In this document: one piece after another, positions 53,500 through 64,000 of the stretch
Numbering within the stretch: the stretch's first letter is position 1
How the letters are laid out: each line of letters begins with the position of its first letter
Source: Eledone cirrhosa
Lineage: Eukaryota
Assembly (NCBI GenBank): GCA_964016885.1
Contig: OZ024743.1
Span: forward strand, 189,534,001-189,598,000
DNA: 64,000 nucleotides
Direction of reading: 5' to 3'
Notes under the pieces: generated by a model
Database searches by the model: none
What the model was told of the DNA's origin: nothing
What the model saw: only the letters and a program-made list of their open reading frames with translations
Program-made: the position numbers and the translations under genes

Positions 53500-53965
53500 A
53501 GGATTCGTTGCAATCCTAGAAGATTTTCATTTCTTGAGCCATAACCACAGCCACTGTGAACTCCACAGAATCTGTTCTGTTACTGCCCCACATGTCCATT
53601 GAAGTTGCCTGCCAGGATGAGGAGGTCTCTTTACTCAGTACCTGAAGTTTTCCTTATAGAACCCGTCCTTTTTGTCTTTACTTAATCCTTCCTGTGGAGC
53701 ATAGGTAGATGTAATTGTCACCATTCTATTTCCTACAGCTATTCTAAGTTTGATGATTCTGTCACTTACTCTAGCTACCTCTATCACCTTATCTATCACT
53801 TTCTCGGCTATTAAGATGCCTACACCTTCTACCTCATCATCATGAGAGTTCATATCTCTGTTGCTTGCCAGTGATTACTCTCCTGGGGGCATCCCTCCAT
53901 CTCGCTTCTTGTACACAACATGCATCTACCATTCTTCACTCTAATAGTTCCACAATTTCCCTGAA
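53500..53965 (-). pseudogene. RTE APE-domain fragment
   Basis: GVGILIAEK..DKVIEVARVSDRIIKLR...STYAPQEGL; LAGNFNGHVG. Confidence 0.85.
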
Positions 53966-53974
53966 TTTCATTTC

Positions 53975-54288
53975 ATGGTTAGAGCATTGGCCTTGCAATC
54001 GAGAGATTGTGAGTTCAATTCTCAGACCGGGTGATGTGTTGTTTCCTTGAGCACTTTATTTCACATTCCTCAAGTTTACTCAGCTGTAGAAATGAGATGA
54101 TAGGGACTGGGGTCCATATCATTCCACTGCAAAGTGGTCGTGGAGGTGCCATGGCAAAAAAGCACCCAGCACTCACTGTAAATGAGGTTGGTGTTAGGAA
54201 GGGCATCCAGTTGTAGAAATCAAGCCAGAATCAGTTCCCGTCCCACCCTTCTAAGCAGGGAAAAGCGGACGTAAAATGATGATGATGA
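53975..54288 (+). mobile_element. tRNA SINE with RTE tail
   Basis: Near-identical to 31858-32184. Confidence 0.85.
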
Positions 54289-54805
54289 TATATATATATA
54301 TAAGAGAGAGAGAGATGTGACAAAAAAAGCTGGTAAAATGGGGGCTGAATTATATTTAAGGTAAAAATTTTGCAAATTTTCACCAACTTCAAAAATTCCT
54401 ACGTAAATGGGGTGCTAAAATAGATTTTGCTTTGGAGAGGAATTAATTACAACGGTTCCATTCTGGAGGTGAATATTACAATGGTTTCACTTTCAACGTG
54501 AAATTTGTCTTTCGTGTGTTTTGAATGAATACGACCTTCAAAATAGTCAGAAATAGGTATAAAAATTATTTCATAATGGGGTTCTGAAACAAGAATTATA
54601 CTCTAAAAAATACTTAAAGTATTTTAAATGTTAAAACTTCATGAATATATTCTCCACTCATGAACATTTCAAAACTGTGCCACTTAAACATTATGTGATG
54701 ATTAGCTGACTCGAAATATACATAGGGTTTGAATTTTGCCCTTTTCTCTGACATAAATTAATAGAGTTGGCTAATATTTGGATGAGCTTATATTCAACTA
54801 TAATC

Positions 54806-54873
<68 letters not shown>

Positions 54874-54876
<3 letters not shown>

Positions 54877-55400
54877 AAACAGCAGTTGGAATCAAGAGGC
54901 CTGAGAGTGAACATAGCTAAGACAAAAGTGTTGATAAATAGAAGAGAGGACAATACTCTGATTCTATCAGGAAAATGGCCATGTTCGATATGTAGGAAAG
55001 GAACTGGCATACATTCCATAAAATGTATGCAATGCAGATCTTGGGTACACAAGAGATGTAGTGGGATAGCAGGCAAACTAACAGGTGGGGAAAACAACGT
55101 ATGCATTAGATGTACAGGGAAAGTTGGCAGGAGAGAAAGCTGAGATTGTATGGACATGTGATGCGCATGGAGGATGACACTGGGTAAAGAAGTGCCAAGA
55201 AATCCCAGTAGAAGGAAGATGCAGTAGAGGTAGACGACGTAAAACATGGGCGTAGGTGGTGAGAGCAGACCTCAGATCACTGAAACTCAACGAGGAAATG
55301 ACAAAGGACCGTAACAAGTGGAGAGATGCTGTGCTGAATAGTACCGATCCAACCCTTCAAGCAGGAAAAAGCGGACATAAAATGATGATGATGATGATGA
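54874..55400 (+). mobile_element. 5'-truncated, internally deleted RTE copy in (TA)n
   Basis: WKQQLESRGLRVNIAKTKVL...WPCSICRKG...CMQCRSWVHKRCSG; ends in a (TGA)n tail followed by TA. Confidence 0.9.
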
Positions 55401-56344
55401 TATATATATTTATATATATATAAAGAGAGAGAGCGAGCTAGAGAGATATTATATATATATATATGTGCTTATGTATTCATGTTTGTTGGTAGGCGAGATG
55501 TTTGTTTATTAGCGATTATATGAGTCCATATGGAGTTTGTGCAAATTGTAATGGACAGCAACAGAGTCATTTATTCAGTATGTCCACTGAAGCACAATAT
55601 TCTAAATTCAATGCCTTTTGCTCCTCATCTTCTCATTTAATCCAAGCATGAGTAATATGGGAAAATAAGTTCTACTAATAAATATGACAGATTCATTTAA
55701 TTTTAAAAATAAAAAAAATCACCTAGTTTTATATCAAAGAAATAGTTTATATGCATGAATGAAATATAGTGTGTATATCTATCAATTTCTCGGCGAGTTT
55801 GCCCAAATTATAGCAAAGAGATTTTCCTATAAAAAACAATTAATACATTTTTGTATATATTATTTTAAATGTTTGATTATTTTTCTGCTGATTTCAATAA
55901 TTTGTAATTTATTTCTATTATATAGAACATGCATTCACTCCTTGTTGATCTATGTTGAATGAATGCTTTAGTATAATGTAGCTGGATAATCTATGTTGAA
56001 ATAAAACATCACTCTCATGTTAACTAGTCATATTTCAGCTCTTATTAAAGAAAAAACATTATGAAATAAGCTAAATATAACAAAGTGTTATTTCATTATA
56101 TTTAGAGGTTTTTTTGTGAGTCAGAAAGATGTTGCATGAATGGTGGAATGTTATGATATGGTCCCATAATGCCCGATGGAGTTGTAGCGGTGCCGTATTT
56201 ATATTCAGCGTTTCTTGGGTATTTTAAACATGGTGGAACCTATCCCTCTCCGGGTCTGAATACAGCAGATTTTTTCCAGAAAAGAATAGAAAGTAAGAAA
56301 GAGGAAGTGAGATACATATAGCGAGGAAGAATCAATCCCCATAC

Positions 56345-56485
56345 TAGACTAGTCCTATTTTTATCGACCTCGAAAGGATGAAAAGCAAAGTTGACTTTGG
56401 GGAGATTTGAACTTAAAGAGCAGAGGACCAGAACATATACCCCAAAGCAATCCATCTGACGTTCTAACAGTTCTGCCAATTGGCC
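56345..56485 (-). mobile_element. Nin-type SINE
   Basis: tttatcgacctcgaaaggatgaaaagcaaagttgac...gatttgaactt; further decayed copies near 2500, 22800, 23830, 45060, 48700, 60950 and 62450. Confidence 0.7.
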
Positions 56486-57733
56486 ACGTTGTTGCATGAA
56501 TACCAATCACTTAATATAGTCATTTGATAGATGTAGAGGATTTAGCATCAAAGATATTTTGTGTTTAACTGAAATATTTATTGTGTAATGATGAACTTAC
56601 TTTCCACTAACCAATGTTTAAAATAATCAAGATAAAGTTAAATGTAATTAGAGATAACAGAAAAACTAAAGTGTCTTTCTTGCACACTGAAAATAGGACA
56701 AAAACATTGTAGGTAAAAATAAAGAGAAACTGAACATTATTTCAAATAAAAGAATCATTTGAAGTTCACAGTTTACTAGGTATGCATAATAAGAGAACTT
56801 AAAACTCACACATATGCAAGTGAAATTAAAGCATCATGCACATGTAAAGTATCAAATGAATTAATCTAATGACATTCATGTTAAAGGTGTATCCAGTTGC
56901 TGGAGTGTCACTCAAAGCATTTGGCTGCATGTTCAGTATGGCATTTCAGTAGGCTTTAGAAATGCTTGGCTGTGCCCATCTCCTTCCCAAATGTCAGTCA
57001 CTCACTAAATTTAACCTGTTTACATAAGGGTGTAACTGTAAAATGTGAGAGTCAAGTGAGAACCAATGTACCATTCCTACGGAAGCTACTGCCAGGCCTC
57101 GAGGTATTATTTCTAACTGAATACCCAAGAATTGAGAAAATGTTTCTTTACATCCTGGACAGTTGTATATCCAGTATTGAAATAAAATTTCTTGAAATGA
57201 CTTCACCTCTATTTTCAAACGAACATTAGAAATACTGTTTCTTTCAATTGTTTCACCCTAAAGTGCCAAAGGAAATCATCAGATAATTTGTATGGATACT
57301 ATATATTGCAATGTAAGTCAAATTATATGTTTTACTAAGTTGAATAGTTTTGAATACTACATTTTTTTAGTCATATATAACCCTTATATGGCCATCTCGA
57401 CCACCTTTGATATTTCCACAATGCTACTACGAGGCAAAAATGTTTAATGATATATGTAATGAGCACTAATACATGATGGGCTATTTAGTTATTAGGATAA
57501 TTGGGCAATACAAAATATCATAGATCGCTGAGCTGATATAGTGTTTCATTCCCAAACATATGTTATATCTGATCATAGACCTAAAGTGCACAATGACCAT
57601 ATTCTGATACTTAACTTTTGTTATGTTCACTTTACAAAAAATAGGTTTCATATGTAGGTTCCATTCAATTCTGGAAAACAGTTGGAAAATATTATAATAA
57701 TAGGTGTGCATGGTCGTAAAGATATTTTTATAT

Positions 57734-57862
57734 CACAGTAAACAAGTATAGATATTGTAGTACATGTATATTGATACTAGAGTAAACATATGTTGATGCC
57801 ACAGTAAACATATATTGATGATGTGGTAAACATATATTGATGGTGCAGTAAACATATATTGA
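57734..57862. repeat. Degenerate ~22-bp minisatellite (gtaaacatatattgatg)
   Basis: About 6 imperfect units visible. Confidence 0.6.
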
Positions 57863-60800
57863 TTTTCTAACAAAAGAAACAAAAGACTAATTATGTAGAT
57901 CTTAATAGAGTTTGAGAATGTTAACACCCATGGTTTCATTTTCGATGAGATAAATTGTACAGATTCTCAATGACAATCATATTTAGAAAACTGTTAAGTC
58001 AGTTCAAAGAAGTTGTCTATTTAAACTTGCTTAGTTTTTATCCTCACCTCATAACAGGAGACCTTGTTGAGCTGAATATAAAACTATGCCAACTAACCTG
58101 AATAATATTTCTTTATTTCTGTTTCTTTTTAATCTTTACAGCTTGTTTTAGTTCTATTTTCAAGATACAAAGTTTGTACTCTATGGATTAAATAGAACCT
58201 GAGGTACTGATAATATAGATTAAGCTGTAACGTTTCCTTTAGTACTAATTTTATATATATTTGTACATTGCTTTGCCATTTCTTTTTATTTTGGTAACTT
58301 CATTTAAAAAGAAAAATCTATTTAAACAGCCTAGGTTAAATGTGTTTCAAAGACTAGAATAATTTGTCATTCACAATAGTCTCAGAAACAAAGAACTTAC
58401 CCATAACTCTTCCATACGATAATGATTGGTAACAGACACAAAACAAAGCATAATGAGGGGATATGAGGTGACGATTGTATCTATGGTAGAGTAATCTACC
58501 ATAATTGTCATACTTGCAGAAAAACTTCATCATTTCATAATAAATAATCTAGATGTTTTTATTCATTTTCTAAAAAAAATTATTATTTTAAAAATCAATT
58601 TCATATTAAAAATGTAAATGGTTGTTATATGTTGTTTAATAAATTATTTATTACTTTAAAAAAATATTTATTTCATTATTTGCTCATAGGTGACTGCGCC
58701 TGGTCAGACCTTTTACAGATTGATTTCGCAATAGTGAAACCAGTAGTTGAAAATCAAATAATGCTAGTAACATGTATTTTATCAAAATACATTTTGAATT
58801 TTTTACTAAAAGATATATTTAGTAGGAAACAATAAACAAAAATAAAAAATAGGAACTCAAGAATTCCTGGCTCCCTGTTTCTGTGCATGCATTTGCTAAT
58901 ATGTCAAATGTGACCTGATAGGAATTAGTCTTGGAATGTATATTGCACTTGAATTATACATAGTCAGTAAAAGAGATGTTAAAACTGCTTGAAAAACAGA
59001 TAAGTAAAGTAATCAATATCCCAGAATAGCTAAATGTAAGTAAAATAACTGAAATACACATGAACCAACAATTGGTGAATTATTAAGCTCAAATAATCTT
59101 TCAACATAGAGATGGTGCTTAGGTATTTAGAATACTAGGTTAGCACTACAATATATGCCCCTTTCTTTCAGTTAAAATATTCAGGCTGACACTGTGGTAA
59201 GTAGACGAATCTAGTTTTTGATACATCTTGCACCCTAAGTATTTGCATAGTTGGCCTAAATGGTAGTAAATACATAGATAGGCAAAATAGATGATACTAA
59301 TCACAATTTTTTTAATACAAATATAAATGGATAACAAAATTAACTTAACCCAACAGCCTAATTAATCCTCTAAGTGAGTCATAAAATGATGTATTTTACT
59401 TTTTTAATGGTTTAGTCAGAATAGTGACAACAATAAAACACTCATGACTTTTTAATAGGAAGCGAGAAAGTTATCCACCGACCTGAATACTTGCAAAAGA
59501 GTATATTCTGCTAAAGATACACATGGGCGATGTAGTGTATTTAAATGTAAATTATAATAATTTAGCTTGGTAGAAATACTAATAAATCAGTTCTAGGCCA
59601 TAAAAATGGCTATAAGGATTGGGCACAAAATGTTTAGGAGAGGTATTCTGAACCAATCCAGTGTGGCATTTTAACAACATAATTGTTTAAAACCAAAATC
59701 AACAAACCTTCCTTAAAATTATTCACTTCATTTCACTTCTCTTTTACCTTGACTTATGGAGGCATGTGGCCAACTGGTAAGAGTGTTGGACTTACGATCA
59801 TAATGGCAAGGGTTCGATTCCTGTGCTGGGTTGTGTGTTGTGTTCTTGAGCAAAACACTTCAATTCATATGTATCTGGTTAGATATACCTCAATTAATCC
59901 CTAAATGTTGGACAATGTGACTAAAAGTGTTGACACCAAGAATGGCATCTTGCTGTAAAATAGTGCTTACAAAAAGACATTATGATGAGCATGAACCTGC
60001 AATACTAACTCAAGCTTAAGTAGGTAAAATGGCATTAAAATATTAATAGTATTACATAACTTAAACATTTTTTCTTAAATTATGCTCTACACTTTACTAT
60101 TATGTGTTTAAGTCATTTCTATTTTTATTTCCCAAAAAGCATTTTGTTTAAGACAACAGCTCAGTCTAAGAACATTACCGTTTTTTGTGTTTGATCATCT
60201 AGTGCTCTTCCAGCTTGTATTTACGCTTTTGTGTCATATCATAGTTGACAGTCAAATGAAAATGAAATATCTATATAGGTTTCTATGCTTCCATTTATAT
60301 ATTCACCAATACCCATACAAACAAATACGCCCACCTATATAACCACATATATGTTCAAGATAGTGTATTCATGAATACTAGAAGAATAACACTTCATTAA
60401 TGTGTCACTGGTTGAATTGGAATTGACTTCTTTAAAGTATATTGGCTTTTGACCAAATATATATATTAGTAGTGAATTCACAAATTGAAAAATATCTATG
60501 TAGCTGTTGAATATATTAGCCACCTCCTTGAGAGAATTTGCTTAAAAAGGGAATGTATATAATAAAAAGTAAAACAAGAATGCAGAAGAAAACAAATAAG
60601 TGTTCTGAAATAGCTGCCAGGAAATTAGGTCACATTTATTTTGAAGAAAGCTTAGAGATTTATAATGAAATAAGAACAAAGTAGCTAAATTAAAGCACTA
60701 CTTCAGAGTGTTGATTTGGCAGAGTTAATTCAAAATGTCAATTTTATCATTGTTGTTTAGCCTCAGGTTGAACAGACCTATGATCAAAAGCATTTCAGCT

Positions 60801-61729
60801 GTGATCATCCTTTCTTTTTGTATATCAAAAGGTATGTTCTTCCATATGTCTTTTCTTTTATAAAACATTAATAGGTGATTGGTTGCTTTTTTCTTACAGA
60901 TCCAGTAGCTTCCACATTGGCTTTAGGTGTACTGCTGCAGTGGGTTAGCAAAAGCAGTAGAGTGTTGCTGTAAAATCTCTACTCTATTTAACTGCAACTC
61001 ACCACATTCTTAGTTCAAATCCTACATAGGTCAATTTTGCCTTTCATCTCTTCAGGGTCAATACAATTTACTCCATTGTTTGACATCTTAATTAAACAAA
61101 GCATTAGTAATATATTGCATCAATACTTTCAAATAATCACTTCAATATAAGCCTTGTGATTGATCAAAACTAATCAATTTCCTAGGTGTATAATTCGCCT
61201 GTAATAAGCTAATTGCTTTTGAAGTTCAGAATTGTATTTAATTCTAGATGAAAACTCCAGAGATTAATCAGTGTTAAGTTGAACAGTCTTTTGTTGTTGA
61301 CTCTTAATATTTTCCTGTCTAGTTAGTCATTGATTAAGTGTATTGTTCTCAGAAATATGTAAGGATTGTCACATGTTATACATAAATGGTTGAGTATCAT
61401 AATTGCATAAACTTCTGAGAGTTTTATTGGCCAGAAAATTCTATATTTGCCATAGAAACTTAGAAAATGCATTGACATTGTTCAGTCTTCCATTGGAGTG
61501 TTAATTAAGGAATTATTGCTTTTATGAATGCATTTAAACATTTTGGATATAATTAATGAGGCTGTTTTGTCTTTTTTTTTTGTTTTTCTTCAAGAGGGTG
61601 CAGACATAGGTGTGGTGTTAAGAAGTTTGTTTGCAACTACATAGTTTCAGCTTCAATGTTATAGTGCAACCCCTTCAGCAAGTGTCTTTTACAATAGACT
61701 CAGGTCAACCAGTTGTGTTTTATTTTATA

Positions 61730-62180
61730 TTAGCCAGTGGAGTCGACTTTTCTGGTGAAAGGTGGCACAGAACGAGGACAAAAGCCATGGATGGATATTT
61801 GCCATAAGGATCAGTTTGATAAAGCAGCTCCCTTTTCTCCCAGTCAACATCAGTGAAAGACTCAGAGTACCTCATCCACAACCATGGTGCAGCTATCATC
61901 AATGCATATGCCCCCACCATAACCAACTCTGATAAAACCTTTGAAAATTCTATGTCAACCTTGTCTCTGCTCCTTGCTCAGTCCAAACCACTGCCAAGTT
62001 CATCTTACATGAAAAAAATCAACACCTGAGCTGGTGATGACCATGACGAGTGGAACAAAGTACTTGGCAGACACTGTGTTGGAAAAATGAACTGCAACAG
62101 ACTCCTCCTTCTCAAGAAGTGTGCAGAACAAGAATTTATCATTACAAACACAGTGTTCATATTCTATAGATTATGCCATT
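61730..62180 (+). pseudogene. APE fragment of a BovB-like RTE
   Basis: IINAYAPTITNSD, LGRHCVGKMNCNRLLLLKKCAEQEFIITNTVF. Confidence 0.65.
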
Positions 62181-63439
62181 TGGGAATATCAGACCACTCT
62201 CAACCAGAAACTGTTTGAAAACCAGACACTTTCAGGAAATCTCATTCAGAAAAATTGAACCACTTCAAAGAAACTATAACTGAAACCACCAAGAAACAGA
62301 CTCCTGTCCCCACCCAACACCTTGAATTTTTCCTTATTTACACTGTCTCTGTTATCAAAAACTTAGTCTTGTCCTGTGAGTGCATGTGAAATTCCAGATT
62401 AACAAGGCTCACCATTTAGCTATAATAAAAGAAGTGACTGCTAGTGAGCTGATACTTTATTTATTGATCTTGGAAAAATAAAAAGCAAAGTAACTTGTGT
62501 GGGATTTGAATTCAGAGCTTAGTGTGCATTGATGGCTTTCCCAATTCCTTGCCTTAATGTGTGAAATAGAGGCAAGTTAAATATTGTTGCAAAAACATAT
62601 TTGGCCAAGGTGTAAGGCTGCATATAGTGAAATGCTCAATGCCTAAAGTTGACTAAATATTTACTAAATTCACAGGAATTCAGTTAATTAACAAATATAC
62701 ACCAAGAAAATATAAAATTAGTTGAATTTAATATTAGTAAACAACTAATTAGTATAAAATAAAATATTGCAAAATAGAAAGGTAGGATGCCATGAGAAAA
62801 GAGATTAAAACCGATGCAATTAAAGAAAAATATAAAGAGTTGCATAAATATATACATAGAGTTTTTTTTATAGATGAGAAGAAGCGTCAAGTGAGAGATA
62901 TGTACATAAATAGAGAAAAAAGGGAACGCCGTGTATTTTCGATGTGACAGAAAGAAGTAGATAGACAGAAAGTTATGACTTCCCCCTCATCTACATAGAG
63001 AGAGGGGGAGCGCCAAGAAAGAGATATGTGCATAGTTAGAGAGAGAAAAGGGACGTCATTTGTTTAGAGAGAGAGAGTGTGTGTGTGTGGGGGGGGGGGT
63101 ATGTGTGTGTCACGGCGTCGCTCTCATCTTGTATATATTAAAGCAAAGGTTCTCAAAGTGGGTGCCATCACTCCTAGGGGCATTGAGAAGGCCCAGGGTG
63201 GCACTGGGGGTGACAGGGATGATATAATCATATATTAACTATCAAATAAATATACATATATATATATATATAAATATAGTAAAAGAAAAAAATATATATA
63301 ATATTTATTCATACATAATTTATATATAAGGAATAATAGAATACATACTAACGATTTTATTTATATACTAGCTTCTAAGTGCCATATTTTACTAAACTAC
63401 CCCCCCCCCCCCCTCCACTGCCATCCATTGAGCCACCCT

Positions 63440-64000
63440 AGCACCGCATTGCGGCACCCTAGTTTCAAATTTCCATATTTTCCACACTAACAAAGGGGTT
63501 CACCCTATCTCCATATTTCCATACAGTGTCAATGAAGCTCCCCAAGTCCATATTGTGCCACCGTAGCTCGACAGTGCCTTAGTGTGATACCCTAGTTCCG
63601 AAGTGCCATAGTGTGGCAACCTAGCTTCAAAGAGCCATATATTTCCACACTATCTCTCCATTGACGTAGGGGTCACATTAGCTCCATATTTCTGTACTGT
63701 ATCACTTAAGCTCCCCAGTTCCATAGTATGCCACTCTAGCTCTGCAGTGCCATAGTGCAGCAACCTAGCTTCGAAGTGCATATTTTTCCACCCTATCTTC
63801 CCATTTCCATACTGCGACACCCTAGTTCCATATTTCCATATTGTGTCACTCAAACTTCCTAGTGCCATAGTGTGTCAGGAAGGGTGGCATAACTACCGGT
63901 AGAGAGAGGCTAAAAAATGACATAACTACAGATGGTGAGAGGTTACAAAGAGTGACATAACTATGGAAGGTGAGATGGCTGTAAAGGGTGGCATAACAGC
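63440..64000. repeat. Degenerate tandem subrepeats within an unidentified repeat element
   Basis: Recurring ccctagttccatatttccata and gtgccatagtgt motifs; ~33-bp g(g/a)cataac units from 63885. Confidence 0.5.

Noticed and set aside
21740-58210. Scattered splice-like signals (gtaagt at ~21828, ~49951 and ~57313; ag...gag|gt at 58142-58203)
   Set aside because: No consistent open frame or recognisable protein; the 58142-58203 candidate is closed in all three frames. A lncRNA or tiny exons cannot be excluded
57380-60600. Possible minus-strand hAT transposase relic
   Set aside because: Only faint motif resemblance; not supportable without a profile search

Overview
AT-rich eukaryotic DNA with no host protein-coding gene I can support. 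The (TA)n/(CA)n microsatellites, tRNA-derived SINEs and RTE LINEs suggest a cephalopod, probably Octopus (inference). The window is almost entirely transposon-derived. It holds one near-intact RTE-clade LINE (16162-21388, minus strand) with a 5' array of ~525-bp monomers and a PHD-like finger after the RT domain. It also holds many decayed RTE copies, an R4/Dong-type RLE LINE, Penelope-like (PLE) GIY-YIG fragments, Helitron, mariner and hAT relics, MITEs and two SINE families. The most unusual signal is not in the ORF track: ten type I hammerhead ribozyme (HHR) motifs folded by eye, from about five unrelated sequence families. Most lie in short non-coding inserts within (TA)n tracts that have a foldback and/or tandem architecture. 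They include two HHRs with a compensatory U3-A8 core and a shared palindromic GAGCUC stem III loop, a CAGAAGA (U4A) family, a head-to-head double-HHR palindrome, and a 421-bp tandem dimer with one HHR per monomer. Together these look like a (TA)n-targeting PLE/retrozyme system. All structures were folded by hand and no searches were run.
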